DNA of 64,000 nucleotides from Promethearchaeota archaeon (lineage in GTDB: Archaea > Asgardarchaeota > Lokiarchaeia > Sigyniarchaeales > SOKP01): positions 1,602 to 65,601 of the forward strand of contig JBHLOI010000013.1 in the NCBI GenBank assembly GCA_048940645.1, given 5' to 3'. A model generated the notes under the pieces. It saw only the letters and a list, made by a program, of their open reading frames with translations, was not told where the DNA came from and searched no databases. A program made the translations under genes and the position numbers. This document shows positions 18,687 to 29,750 of this stretch, one piece after another. Position 1 is the first letter of the stretch; each line of letters starts with the position of its first letter.

Positions 18687-18782
18687 TTACTCAATTTTTT
18701 TCTAAAAAAATAGTAAAGATATTCATATTTAATTTTAAACTTCAACATAAATAGATGCAAATATAGAAAAAATTTTTGAAGG

Positions 18783-19592
18783 TTATTTATTCACTTTTTT
18801 TTGAAGTAATATGGCTTGTTTTGGGCATTTTCTGACACATAGTCCACAACCGAAACATTTAGTTAAATTTACTTCTAACTTATTGTTTAGCAGTTTTCTG
18901 GCACCAAAATGGCACCATTTTTCACAAACACCGCAATCTTTACACTCTTCAAATTTGGTTTCTGCAATAAAATTGCTTTTAATTATTTGTGGAGAACCAA
19001 ATTTTAGAAACTTGCTTAATGTGATACAACAACATGGACAGCAGTTACAAATTACATAATAATAATGAGGATTCGGAAAATAAATAATCTGATGAACTAA
19101 GCCTTTTTGATCGCATACTTCCAAAAGTTTTTTAGCTTTTTCTTTTGATACTTTTTCTAAATTTGCAGATTTAAATGGAATTTCATAAAGAGATTTACCA
19201 TAACCTAAATGAATGCAAGTATTTACTGGATGATCACAATTAGGCTCACTTTTCTGCTTTCTTTGGATATCTCTGCAATAACAAGTACCAATTCCCACAA
19301 CATTCGATCTGCTTAAAAGTTCTAATATTTCTTGAGAGGGAAGAAATTTAGTTTCTGGTTCTAAGTTTATTTGTAATGGAAGAACTCTTCCACCCCATCT
19401 GTTTTTGAAAATATATCTATTTACAAAATTTAAAGTATTAATATGAAATAGTTTATCGAGATATCTAAATAATTCTAACATATTATATTCTAATCGCCCG
19501 AAAATAGATGTGAGCAATTTTCCTAAAAAGGGAATCCTATTAATTACTCCATCAAACTTAGTTTGAAATCTTTGAGATTTTAAGTGGGTCAA
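18783..19592 (-). CDS. 4Fe-4S dicluster domain protein
   Basis: CYCR, ICNCCPCCC, and C-terminal CKDCGVCEKWC and CFGCGLCVRKCP. Confidence 0.85.
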   Translation of the reverse strand: MTHLKSQRFQTKFDGVINRIPFLGKLLTSIFGRLEYNMLELFRYLDKLFHINTLNFVNRYIFKNRWGGRVLPLQINLEPETKFLPSQEILELLSRSNVVGIGTCYCRDIQRKQKSEPNCDHPVNTCIHLGYGKSLYEIPFKSANLEKVSKEKAKKLLEVCDQKGLVHQIIYFPNPHYYYVICNCCPCCCITLSKFLKFGSPQIIKSNFIAETKFEECKDCGVCEKWCHFGARKLLNNKLEVNLTKCFGCGLCVRKCPKQAILLQKKVNK

Positions 19593-19843
19593 ACTTCAAC
19601 AAAATTAGAAAATTAAAATTGTTTTTTAAAATAGTTAAAAAGTATTAATTATTTCGAATTTACAATAGTTAAAGTGATTTTACCAGAAAATATTTAGAGA
19701 AGTATTGGGATAGAAATCTATTTTTCAATGTCATAAGAATAAACAAACATTGTTATTTTATCCTTATAACTTGGAAATTAAAAGTTTTTAAGCTATTGTA
19801 ATCTTATTAAAATTATTCTGAAAAAATTATTTAAAATCGCATT

Positions 19844-20098
19844 TTGGTAGTTTCTATGAGTGCTGAGGAATCTCGTTTTTGCCCTTATTGTGGTGTAAAA
19901 TTAAAACATCCCTATTGGGTTCATGTTCAAGATAAACATGCAGAAAAATATGCTCAAAAAGAAACTTGGATAAAATTATATGAAGACTACAGAAAGCTGG
20001 GTATGCAAGAAGATATTAGCTTAACAGTAATTTCCGAGCTGTTCAATGCCACTGTTGAAGAGGTTAAATCTTTCCTAAGAAATGCAAAAGTTCTTTAA
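19844..20098 (+). CDS. Small C2H2-type zinc finger protein
   Basis: CPYCGVKLKHPYWVHVQDKH followed by a short helical domain; start may be ATG at 19856. Confidence 0.65.
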   Translation: MVVSMSAEESRFCPYCGVKLKHPYWVHVQDKHAEKYAQKETWIKLYEDYRKLGMQEDISLTVISELFNATVEEVKSFLRNAKVL

Positions 20099-20190
20099 AA
20101 TCTTTCAATTTGAATCTAAATGAATAGATTGTAATTGATAATAAAAATTAAAATAAATATAAGAAACATTAATTTTAAAAAATATTGGAG

Positions 20191-20484
20191 TTAAAATTCT
20201 TCCTCGTCTTCTTCTAAAAGTCCTGCTTGTTTTAGTAAATCCTCTACTGAATCACGAGCTTTCATTACTTGTTCATTATCAGTCAATTTAAGGTTTTCTA
20301 AAACAGAATCAGAAAATTCCATGAATTTTTTAATAGATTGAGACGAAAAATCTTTTAATTTATCTGAAGTCTCTTCTATAAAATCCTTACCACTCTCTCC
20401 AAAAGCTCCGCCGACAAAATCTTTGAAAGCATTATTTAGTTTATCTATAAAAGTTTCTTTCTTTTCTTCTCCTTCATCACTCAT
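20191..20484 (-). CDS. Small acidic all-helical hypothetical protein
   Basis: 97-aa ORF with an AAGGTAAG-type element upstream, amphipathic helices and an EEDEEEF tail. Confidence 0.65.
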   Translation of the reverse strand: MSDEGEEKKETFIDKLNNAFKDFVGGAFGESGKDFIEETSDKLKDFSSQSIKKFMEFSDSVLENLKLTDNEQVMKARDSVEDLLKQAGLLEEDEEEF

Positions 20485-20604
20485 TATTTACTTACCTTTA
20501 TGATTTAATTGTTTTGTTTTTTAAAAAATAAATTTTCATTTGTTAAATAATTTTTTCAAACATTTGCCCGTATTTCTTATATTAATTGAATGATCATTTG
20601 ATCA

Positions 20605-21829
20605 TTAGATAATTTTCTTTCTTTTCCATTTTTTTAAATCATCAATATTGTAATCCAAAAGTTTACAATAAATCTCTTCATTATGCTTTCCAAACTCAGG
20701 GCCAGCAGATTCAACAGATCCCTTTGTTTCAGAGAAATTAATCAATCGATTTGGAATTGTTGCTTTTTTAACTCCCCATTTTGTAAAATTAAAATTATCA
20801 CATAACATACCTCTAGCTCTAAGATTTGGATGATTGTGAACTTCATTAATAGACAACGTTTTTCCACATGGAATTCGATATTCTTCAAGTTGCTTAATTG
20901 CTTCCTCTCTTGTTAATTTATTTGACCATTCTTCAATTATCATATCTAATTCATCTACATATGAAAAGCGCTTGACAATATTATTAAATCTAACGTCTTT
21001 CAATAATTCTGGCTTTCTTAGTACATTTTCACATAACCTAATCCATTGATTTTCTGTTAGTGTTGTAAATGCTATTTTTTTCCCATCCTTTGTTTGATAT
21101 TGATTGTATATTGGTAAAAATTTTGTCCCAAGTTCAATATTATTAGCTAAGGGGATAAATTCTTTTGCTTGAGCACGGATGTTTATTGCAAACATCAAAT
21201 CATGCATTGATATGTCAATAAATTGGCCTTTACCGGTTTTTTCTCTATAATAGAGTGCTTGGCTAATTCCTAATGCAGCAATATGCCCTGCAGTATAATC
21301 TGCGATAGGTAACCTTGGAGGACCTTCCTTAAATCCTAAGGCATCTAAAATACCAGATTCTGCTTGAATTATTATATCAAAAGCAGTCTTACTGGTATAT
21401 TCTTCTAATCCTTCGTTTCCATATCCCGAAATCTTTGCATAAATTAATTGAGGGTTAATTTCTTTGAGAATTTCATAACCTAAACCCCATTTTTCCATTG
21501 TTCCTTTTACAAAGTTTTCTATTAATACGTCTGATTTTTTAATTAAATTTTTGAAAATCTGTTTAGCTTCCTCTTTTCTTAAATCAAGAGAAATTGACTT
21601 TTTTCCTCTATTTAATATTGAGAATAGGGGAAATATAGTCTTATCATAAAGAACAAATAAGCGAAAAGCTTCTCCGAACGGAGGTGGTTTTAGTTTAATC
21701 GCGATGTGCAGAAAAAAATTCTACCTTTATCACTTCCGCTCCTTGATCTGCAAAAAATGTGCTAGCCCATGGTCCAGAGATAAACTGAGAGCAATCTAAT
21801 ATTCTCACTTCATCAAATATTTTAGACAT
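20605..21829 (-). pseudogene. CaiB/BaiF family III CoA-transferase interrupted by a 31-nt insertion
   Basis: ATG at 21829 gives MSKIFDEVRILDCSQFISGPWASTFFADQGAEVIKVE. After 31 extra nt (21688-21718, containing an in-frame TAA) the sequence resumes PPPFGEAFR...LNRGKKSISLDL...DVLIENF, in frame with track ORF 20605..21498. Confidence 0.85.
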
Positions 21830-21898
21830 AATTATCATTGGAATTATTTATTTTATATTTTAAAGTGATGAAATCTTTTTAAAAATAAGTGAAAAGAG

Positions 21899-23380
21899 AT
21901 GAGTGACCATCATTTTCTTCATGGATTTCTAAACCCAAAAAGTGTTGCGCTTTATGGAGCAAATAATAAAGGCAGTTCTTTAGCTAGCCTTCAGATTATG
22001 AATCTAATCAAGTCTGGATATAATGGGAGGGTTTATCCCATACATTTAAAACTAGAGTCTGTAATGGGATTTAAAGCTTATAAAACCATTGCTGATGTTC
22101 CAGAGATTCCTGATCTTGTAGTTATCGTTATACCTGCTAATTTAGTTCCTCAAATTTTTAGGGAGTGTGGTGAAAAAGGAGTTAAAAGAATAGTGTTAAT
22201 TTCTGGAGGTTTTCGTGAACTAAATGGAGATCGTAAGAACATATTAACAGAAGAGATAAATGCTATTGCAAAAGAATATGAAATTAGATTTATTGGTCCT
22301 AATTGTTTAGGTGTGTTTAATAATTGGTATGGCCCAGAAGAAGAAAACAAATCCTTTAATATCTATATTTGGGAAAACCTTAAAAGAAGTAAATTTTCAA
22401 TTGCATCGCAAAGTGGTACACTTTCATGCCATATCTGGTATGATCCTGAAAATTTAGATTTAGGGTTGAGTAGATCGTTATCTGTAGGAAATGAGGCTAA
22501 TATTGATATAGTTGATTGCTTAGAATATTATAAGGATGATCCATACACAGAAATAATAGGTTTATATATTGAAGAACTAAAAAGAGGGAAAAGATTTTTA
22601 GAATTGGCAAGAGAAGTATCTCGTAAGAAACCCATTATTGCAATTTATGTAGGCGGTTCTAAGGCAGGAAATCGCGCTTTACAGAGTCACACAGGAGCCT
22701 TAGCAGGTGATTCAAGGATATTTGATGCATTATTTAAAGAAACAGGAATTATCAAAACTGATTACGTGCAAGAATTCTTAGATATTGCGCTAATTTTATC
22801 GAGAGGGATCTTACCTAAAGGTAACCGTTTAGGAATTATAACAAATTCAGGTGGCCCAGGGGCGATGGTTGCTAATAATGCTGAAAAGCATGGATTAGTT
22901 GTTCCAGAATTTTCTAAAGGGCTCCAAGAAAAACTAAAAGAAATTTTACCTATAACAGCAAATTTTAAAAATCCTATAGATTGCACTTTTGATATGAACC
23001 TTCCATATTTCTACATAACCCTACCCGAATTATTAATGAAGTCAGGCGAAGTAGATGCCATAATTCAATATGGAGTTGTTGGATTTCAAGATGTTATAGA
23101 TGATTACTTGTTTTATAAAGAAATTGCTAGACACGCTGAATTTAATCATCAACCTGACGAAGTTATTGATGCTCTTGCTAAAAAGTTAGTTCAACCAACA
23201 ATTCAAAATGCAAAGAAATATTCAGTCCCAATTTTGCACATAAGTCCCATGAATTTTAACACTCCGTGGTCTAAACGATTGAGAGAAAATGGTGCAATAT
23301 TGTTTAGATTATGGGATCGGCCAGTTAATGCTTTAGCAAAAATATGTGAATATTTTGATTTCAAACAAAAACAAACATAA
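21899..23380 (+). CDS. acdA: ADP-forming acyl-CoA synthetase alpha subunit
   Basis: LNPKSVALYGA, IGPNCLG, SQSG, SVGNEA, phospho-His SHTGALAG, TNSGGPG, NPID. Confidence 0.85.
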   Translation: MSDHHFLHGFLNPKSVALYGANNKGSSLASLQIMNLIKSGYNGRVYPIHLKLESVMGFKAYKTIADVPEIPDLVVIVIPANLVPQIFRECGEKGVKRIVLISGGFRELNGDRKNILTEEINAIAKEYEIRFIGPNCLGVFNNWYGPEEENKSFNIYIWENLKRSKFSIASQSGTLSCHIWYDPENLDLGLSRSLSVGNEANIDIVDCLEYYKDDPYTEIIGLYIEELKRGKRFLELAREVSRKKPIIAIYVGGSKAGNRALQSHTGALAGDSRIFDALFKETGIIKTDYVQEFLDIALILSRGILPKGNRLGIITNSGGPGAMVANNAEKHGLVVPEFSKGLQEKLKEILPITANFKNPIDCTFDMNLPYFYITLPELLMKSGEVDAIIQYGVVGFQDVIDDYLFYKEIARHAEFNHQPDEVIDALAKKLVQPTIQNAKKYSVPILHISPMNFNTPWSKRLRENGAILFRLWDRPVNALAKICEYFDFKQKQT

Positions 23381-23386
23381 GTTAAT

Positions 23387-24211
23387 TTAAACTCTATTTT
23401 TGCTCATCCACTTCACGGCAAAATCAACCATTTTCCGCTGTGAGTGTAACCGAGATTCTGCAAGACCTACATTTTTTGGTTCATATTGTAAAATAGCCTC
23501 AAAATCTTTTCCTAATTTCTCAAAGTCGTCAGGATTATGGTTTAATTCATTCCACACAACCCATTTTCTCTTTTTTTTAACAAGAATTGCCGAACCATTA
23601 GATACAAATTTTTTTTCCTTATATTCACATCGATATTCAGCAAGATGTAATGAGCTATTGTTTGAGTGTGAAACTCCTATTAATAAAAGGTGCCCATCCA
23701 AATCATAAATTCGGGCTAATGGTGAATTTTCTCCTAAATCTGAGTCTAGTTCATGATTTTCTGTAATTTTTTTTGCATTTTTGCCCCATGCTGCAAATGA
23801 TGAGATAGGATGATCACTTCGAAAAACATTGGGATATTTACGGAACACTTCTGCAATAATACCCATCCCCCTAGTAGGAGTTATACTTGGTTGAAATGCA
23901 GGCATATTTCTTCTAACAATTTCCCACCAACCTTGAGGTACAGGAGGATTCTCCCATTTAGAGGGCTCACTATTATCTCCTGTAAATGAAGGCATGACCA
24001 ATGTGCCCTTAGGGGTTAAAATCTCCATTACAGCCTTAATCACAGAAACAGGACCCCCAACTGTCCATCCTATTTGACTAAGAGCACTATGCATAATTAT
24101 AGTCGATGCTGGTTTGACTCCAAGAGCCTTCAAATCACTTTTTAATGAATCAATTGTATTTGGAATGGAAGTCTTTTTAATCACATCAAATTCATGGTCT
24201 GGATATTTCAT
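23387..24211 (-). CDS. AAC(3)/YokD-family N-acetyltransferase
   Basis: HSALSQIGW, GTLVMPSFT, MGIIAE, RSDHPISSFAAWG, SPLARIY, NSSLHLAE. Confidence 0.9.
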   Translation of the reverse strand: MKYPDHEFDVIKKTSIPNTIDSLKSDLKALGVKPASTIIMHSALSQIGWTVGGPVSVIKAVMEILTPKGTLVMPSFTGDNSEPSKWENPPVPQGWWEIVRRNMPAFQPSITPTRGMGIIAEVFRKYPNVFRSDHPISSFAAWGKNAKKITENHELDSDLGENSPLARIYDLDGHLLLIGVSHSNNSSLHLAEYRCEYKEKKFVSNGSAILVKKKRKWVVWNELNHNPDDFEKLGKDFEAILQYEPKNVGLAESRLHSQRKMVDFAVKWMSKNRV

Positions 24212-24323
24212 TTTCTTAAATGCTAAAATTAGTACAATTTGATAAAACTTAATAAAAAAAAGTTGTTAAAAGAAATATTCTTTATTCATATATCGAAAAA
24301 ATTCATTTAAAACTCACAAATTT

Positions 24324-26327
24324 GTGAATGATAACATGAGTGATGAAAGAAAAAAATTATGGGAACCCTCAGCTGAATGGATAAAAAATGCGGAAGCGAC
24401 GCGTTTTATTGAATTAGTCAATAAAAATTACGGGCAAAATATCAAGGACGGCAAGGATTTATATAAATGGTCTGTAGAGAGCATAGCTGATTTTTGGGCT
24501 GCTATGTGGGATTTTGCGGGAATTATTGCCTCTATAAAGTATGAAAAGGTTGTTGAGGATCTAAATGTCTTTCCAGGAACAAAATGGTTTCCAGGAACAC
24601 GATTAAATTTTGCAGAGAACCTGTTAAAATATAAAGATGACCAATTAGCTTTTATTTTTCAGGGTGAAACAAAAGTCTCCAAAAAAATAACCTATAGAGA
24701 ACTTAATAAGACTGTAGCTCGCTTAGCAAAATCTTTAAAAGATAGTGGAGTAAAAGTTGGAGATAGAGTTGTATCTTACATTCCAAATCTAATTGAAACT
24801 CCAACCGCTATGCTGGCAACTACGACCATTGGAGCTGTTTGGGCATCTTGTGGTGCTGAACTTCAACCGAGTGCGGTAATTGACAGATTTGGTCAAATTG
24901 AGCCTAAAATACTCTTTACTGTCGACGGATATTATTACAGAGACAAAGTTTTTGATATAAGGGAGAACATTAAAGTAGTAGTTAATGCCATCCCTTCTAT
25001 TGAAAAAGTGGTTGTTGTCTCATACATTTCTGACGGAAAAGTAGACGTTAGTTGCATTCCTAAAGCTATCAATTGGGAAGATTTTATTTCAAAAGAAGAA
25101 TATCCAAAACTTGATTTTGAGCAATTGCGTTTTGATCATCCGGTTTATATAATGTTTTCTTCTGGAACCACCGGAAAACCTAAGTGTATGGTTCAAAGTG
25201 CTGGTGGAGTTCTTATCAATCATTTAAAGGAGCTTATACTCTCTACCGATTGTAAAAGAAGTGATATTATCAATTATATTACTGCTCCAAGTTGGATGAT
25301 GTGGAATTGGTTGATTAGTGCGTTGGCAGTAGGTGCAACCATCTTTTTATATGATGGTAATCCTCTTTACCCTGATCCTCTGCGCTTTTTTGAATTAATG
25401 GAAAAACATAAAATTTCCATATTTGGTACCAGCGCTGCCTATATTCATTATCTGATGGGTCTTGAAGTGAAACCTGCCGAGAAGTATGACTTAAGTACAC
25501 TTAGAGAAATATCACAAACGGCATCCACTTTATCTCCTGAAGGATTTGAATATGTATATAGGGAAATTAAAGAAGATCTTTATTTCAATTCAATTAGCGG
25601 AGGAACAGATATTAATGGTTGCTTTGCCGGGGCTTTACCCATTTTACCTGTCTATTCTGGTGAGTTACAAGGCCGCGCTTTAGCAATGAAAGTTGAATCT
25701 TATGATGAAAATGGAAATCCAGTTGAGGATGAACAAGCTGAACTTGTCTGCGAAGCACCTGCTCCTTCCATGCCTACGCATTTCTGGGCTGATGACGATA
25801 AAATGACAAAATATAATGCTGCTTATTTTGACTTTTTCAAAGATAAAGGTAAAAATGTTTGGAGACACGGCGATTATATCGTAATCCATAGTAATACTGG
25901 GGGAATTACGTTCTGGGGGCGTTCTGATGCGGTTTTGAAGCCTTCTGGAGTAAGGATTGGTACAGCGGAAATTTATAACGTTATTGAACAACTTCCTGAG
26001 ATTGCTGATAGCTTAGTAATTGGTCAAAAATATGAGGGAGATATAAGAATAATAATGTTCGTACTCCTTAATGAAGGCAACGAATTAAATGAAGAATTAA
26101 AAGCAAAAATTAAGCAAACTATACGGGAAAAGACATCTCCTAGACATGTGCCAAGATTAATCTTTCAAGCACCAGAAGATGGTATTCCTTACACATTCAG
26201 CAATAAAAAGGTTGAGATTGCGGTAACTAAAATAATACATGGAATGGAAATCGCTAATCGTGGAGCCCTCAGAAATCCTAAGTCTTTAGACTTTTATATT
26301 GAAATGAGAGATAGACTTCAAACTTAA
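24324..26327 (+). CDS. Acetoacetyl-CoA synthetase
   Basis: WFPGTRLNFAENLL, FSSGTTGKPKC, SWMMWNW, SISGGTD, WRHGD, GRSDAVLKPSGVRIGTAEIY. Confidence 0.92.
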   Translation: MNDNMSDERKKLWEPSAEWIKNAEATRFIELVNKNYGQNIKDGKDLYKWSVESIADFWAAMWDFAGIIASIKYEKVVEDLNVFPGTKWFPGTRLNFAENLLKYKDDQLAFIFQGETKVSKKITYRELNKTVARLAKSLKDSGVKVGDRVVSYIPNLIETPTAMLATTTIGAVWASCGAELQPSAVIDRFGQIEPKILFTVDGYYYRDKVFDIRENIKVVVNAIPSIEKVVVVSYISDGKVDVSCIPKAINWEDFISKEEYPKLDFEQLRFDHPVYIMFSSGTTGKPKCMVQSAGGVLINHLKELILSTDCKRSDIINYITAPSWMMWNWLISALAVGATIFLYDGNPLYPDPLRFFELMEKHKISIFGTSAAYIHYLMGLEVKPAEKYDLSTLREISQTASTLSPEGFEYVYREIKEDLYFNSISGGTDINGCFAGALPILPVYSGELQGRALAMKVESYDENGNPVEDEQAELVCEAPAPSMPTHFWADDDKMTKYNAAYFDFFKDKGKNVWRHGDYIVIHSNTGGITFWGRSDAVLKPSGVRIGTAEIYNVIEQLPEIADSLVIGQKYEGDIRIIMFVLLNEGNELNEELKAKIKQTIREKTSPRHVPRLIFQAPEDGIPYTFSNKKVEIAVTKIIHGMEIANRGALRNPKSLDFYIEMRDRLQT

Positions 26328-26526
26328 GCCTTTTTTTTATTGTATTTATAACAAAATTAATTTAGAAACTCGATAATAAACTTTTTTTGTATAGTTCTGT
26401 ATTACCTGTAAATCTAACTCGTTAGGATGACCTAAGCTAGCTAATCTCATAAGATATCTAATCTATATCTAATCTATTTCTTTTTCTCTCCACGTAGAAT
26501 AACTTTTTACTTTTTTATTGCAAACA

Positions 26527-27192
26527 TTAAGACTTTTTTAACCAGGGACAGGATAAAATACATACCAGGCATCCATTATCTCCTAAACAAGTTTTAATAT
26601 CTAAAACATCCTCCCTACGTGAGGGATGATCGTTAAAGCCAACAAAAGTAAGTGCATTCTGAGGACAGGCTTCTATACATTTTCGGCAATCATCGCATTG
26701 ATTTTTAATTAGTTGGTTATTTTGAAGTGGCAGGTCTGTTAAAATTGCAATTAATCGATGTAAAGGACCATATTCTGGAGAAATAATTAATAGTGACCTT
26801 CCTTGCCAACCAAGTCCTGCTTTTTTAGCTAAGAGTTTAAGAGACATAAATCCTAACCGATTAATAGGATCAAATTCATCCTCAGTATGAATAATAAGTT
26901 GCCTATAGCCCTTATCTTCTAAGTATTCCATTATAGAAAACGCAGCCTCTTCTAAAAATAGTGCGGTCTTACCGCCAGAGGCTTTTTTCCCTAATTTTCC
27001 ATATTGAGCTCCTAATACTATGGCATATGGAAACATATTTAGGAAATTGTTTAAATCTATAGGAAATCCAGTTTCCATTTCTTTTAACAGATGCATGTCG
27101 GCAATACCATAAGTATCAATTTCTAGCTTCTTAATGAATCTTCTAAGATTTTTTGTTTCAACAACCTTTTGTTCTTTCATATTCTTCAACAT
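26527..27192 (-). CDS. QueG/reductive-dehalogenase-like cobalamin Fe-S protein
   Basis: YGIAD, SLKLLAKKAGLGWQGRS, ILTDLPL, CDDCRKCIEACP, C...CLVCILSCP. Confidence 0.8.
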   Translation of the reverse strand: MLKNMKEQKVVETKNLRRFIKKLEIDTYGIADMHLLKEMETGFPIDLNNFLNMFPYAIVLGAQYGKLGKKASGGKTALFLEEAAFSIMEYLEDKGYRQLIIHTEDEFDPINRLGFMSLKLLAKKAGLGWQGRSLLIISPEYGPLHRLIAILTDLPLQNNQLIKNQCDDCRKCIEACPQNALTFVGFNDHPSRREDVLDIKTCLGDNGCLVCILSCPWLKKS

Positions 27193-27257
27193 TCTTTTTC
27201 CTTTTTTTTACTATTTTAGTTTTAAAAAGATGTATGGAATCAATTAGCCAATTGATA

Positions 27258-27677
27258 TCAAAAAAGGGTCCACGCATACCAGATAGTCAGTACATTAAAT
27301 CCAAAACTCACAATGATCAAAAATATATCATATCCCTTATAACCCTTTATTCCAATGAGATTAAAAACAATAAAGAAAATAGCTACAACAATATTTACCC
27401 AACTATTGATAGGATTATCCAATATCAGGGATAGGATAACCATAATAATGGGAATCACCATTATTATTGCTGCTCCAAGCCAGACTTTCTGAGTCGCTGG
27501 CTTTCCACCTATTTCTCCTGATTTAAAATCCCCAGCAAATATACGCATCACATCACCTAATAAATAACATAACATTGAAGCAACCCATAGGAATGAAAGT
27601 ATTATCTTTACATCAACCATATTTCTATCATATCCTTTATTTACCATGATTGATATTGTACAGCGATCAACGTACAA
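27258..27677 (-). CDS. Small four-TM membrane protein (DUF6326-like)
   Basis: LSFLWVASMLCYLLGDV start motif, four hydrophobic segments, IWYAW end; true start probably a downstream Met. Confidence 0.7.
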   Translation of the reverse strand: MYVDRCTISIMVNKGYDRNMVDVKIILSFLWVASMLCYLLGDVMRIFAGDFKSGEIGGKPATQKVWLGAAIIMVIPIIMVILSLILDNPINSWVNIVVAIFFIVFNLIGIKGYKGYDIFLIIVSFGFNVLTIWYAWTLF

Positions 27678-27774
27678 TCGTTTTCATAATAAGTCTAATT
27701 AGAATGCATTACATTTAAATTGATAACTGGATTAAGAATGATTATTCTCTATATTTGAGAGATTATAATGAATG

Positions 27775-28701
27775 TTACTCCTTATAAACACTTATGATTA
27801 CATTTCCCTTTTTATGCCCTTTTTCGACATACCTGTGAGCCTCGACAATTTCTTCCCAGGAATAACGTCGATCTATAGCCGATGTTAAATTACCCATCTC
27901 AATTAGTTCTTTAATAAAGATCAAATCTTCAGTCTTTAATTTGCTTGGGGAATCCCTGATAACATTAAGATAGGTTCCTCCCTTCTTTAAAGCCTTTTTA
28001 CCATGTGAAGGCGAAAGCTTGGCTACTGCATCAAAAATAACATCATAAAACTCGCCACTTTGGATAAAATCATCTTTAGTGTAATCTATTACTTTATCCG
28101 CTCCTAGAGATTTTACCAATTCTAAATTTGTGGTACTACAAACTCCGGTAACTTCAGCTCCGAAGTACTTAGCAATCTGTATTCCAAAAGTACCTACACT
28201 TCCAGAAGCTCCATAGATAAGAACTTTTTGACCCTTCTGGATATTTGCCTTTTTAAGTACATTCAATGCTGTAATTCCCCCAGAAGCAAAACCAGCAGCG
28301 GCTTCTTCAATAGGTATATTTGTCGGCTTTAGTGCCAGTATTCCATCTTCAGGTAAAGATTTATACTCAGCATAAGCACCAAACTTCATTTCTGTAGATG
28401 CAAAAACCTGATCACCTTTCTTAAACCGCTTAACATCCTTTCCTATTGATTCAACTTCTCCAGCTAGCTCCATCCCTAGAGTAGGTCTTTTTGGTTTTCT
28501 AATCCCTAACATTATATGCAACATGAGAGTTTGAAATTTGGAGGTTGGGTGTTTGCCTCTTCGCACTATTACATCTCCTATTGTTACTGATGTTGCATGA
28601 ACTTTTATAAGGACTTCATTATCCTTAGGAGTTGGCTTTTCAACTTCCTTGAACTGAAGAACATCCGGAGGTCCGTATTTTGTGTATACAATTGCTTTCA
28701 T
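27775..28701 (-). CDS. NAD(P)-dependent MDR-family oxidoreductase (quinone oxidoreductase-like)
   Basis: [45 protein letters not shown]. Confidence 0.9.
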   Translation of the reverse strand: MKAIVYTKYGPPDVLQFKEVEKPTPKDNEVLIKVHATSVTIGDVIVRRGKHPTSKFQTLMLHIMLGIRKPKRPTLGMELAGEVESIGKDVKRFKKGDQVFASTEMKFGAYAEYKSLPEDGILALKPTNIPIEEAAAGFASGGITALNVLKKANIQKGQKVLIYGASGSVGTFGIQIAKYFGAEVTGVCSTTNLELVKSLGADKVIDYTKDDFIQSGEFYDVIFDAVAKLSPSHGKKALKKGGTYLNVIRDSPSKLKTEDLIFIKELIEMGNLTSAIDRRYSWEEIVEAHRYVEKGHKKGNVIISVYKE

Positions 28702-28805
28702 GAAAATTGTTCTTTATATGATATTTTTTTATTTCTTTAGTTAAATATAGTATATTAATTAAACATTAGCTACTATTATGAATAAAAAAATGGAATTTAA
28801 GATTT

Positions 28806-29678
28806 CTATTTTCTACTTTTCCGCATAAAAATATATATAATTATCTCGAAAAATAAAATCGCAGTTAACACAAAAAATATAATTATATATTCGAATGGAA
28901 CTGGGTGAACATATCCATTTAGTGTAAAATCAACAAGCGTTTGTCCCCCATATGAAAACTTATAATAGGAAAGAACACCATTAGAATTATATTTAACATT
29001 TATATCAATATCTACACTATTGTTTTCAAATCCCCAAGCAGGGATATTTACTAAAAAGCCATCTGACTGCGCTGTAGCGGAAATATTTTTGTACAGTCCC
29101 CCCTTAGAACTCATTACACTTAGGAAATCACTTACAAGTGATACCCAGCTAACATTTCTAGGTGCAAAGAGGACTTCTATCAAAGGATAGACACCGAATA
29201 TAACAGATAAATTCATGGTTTGTCGTAAGAAACTTGATGTATCATTCACTATATACCAAGTATCGTCCCAATAATCATTTTCTCCTGGATTTGAGATAAG
29301 TTCCCACCCAAATGTTCCATTAACAGGTGTGGATGTGATTGTTGTATTATCAAGTGGAGAAAGCAATACTCCAGTTTCTTCAACACCTATAGCTGTAGCT
29401 GTAAAAGTCCATTCTGATTGTGGAGGAGCAAATGCATTCCAATGTAACTTAACAGAGGTTAAGTTAGATGATCCTAATGGTACGAGATTAGCTAATGTGG
29501 CTTCTAAATCATCCGTCGTATATGTGTTCCAATTTTCTGTATGTACACTGAGCAGCCAATCATAATCATCACTAATTTGAATTCCAACGTAAGAACCTTG
29601 TGCATTAGAAATTTTAATGAAGGGAATAAAGAGTAGAATTCCAAGGATAACTAAACTCAAACTTTTTGTTTTCTTCAA
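28806..29678 (-). CDS. Secreted, C-terminally anchored surface glycoprotein
   Basis: Signal peptide (MKKTKSLSLVILGILLFIP...SNA), many N-x-S/T sequons (NLT, NTT, NGT, NDT, NLS, NVS, NIS, NNS), C-terminal TM plus RKSRK. Confidence 0.75.
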   Translation of the reverse strand: MKKTKSLSLVILGILLFIPFIKISNAQGSYVGIQISDDYDWLLSVHTENWNTYTTDDLEATLANLVPLGSSNLTSVKLHWNAFAPPQSEWTFTATAIGVEETGVLLSPLDNTTITSTPVNGTFGWELISNPGENDYWDDTWYIVNDTSSFLRQTMNLSVIFGVYPLIEVLFAPRNVSWVSLVSDFLSVMSSKGGLYKNISATAQSDGFLVNIPAWGFENNSVDIDINVKYNSNGVLSYYKFSYGGQTLVDFTLNGYVHPVPFEYIIIFFVLTAILFFEIIIYIFMRKSRK

Positions 29679-29750
29679 ATCTTATCATCACTATGGTTTT
29701 TTGATTAAAATTAATAATTAAATACTTTTATGTGATAATTCAAAATAAAA

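Noticed and set aside
23387-24211. Aminoglycoside resistance island
   Set aside because: YokD-like acetyltransferases are widespread chromosomal genes; composition is host-like and there is no mobility context.
26454-26475. 11-bp tandem repeat ATATCTAATCT x2
   Set aside because: Short and low complexity between convergent genes; expected from slippage.
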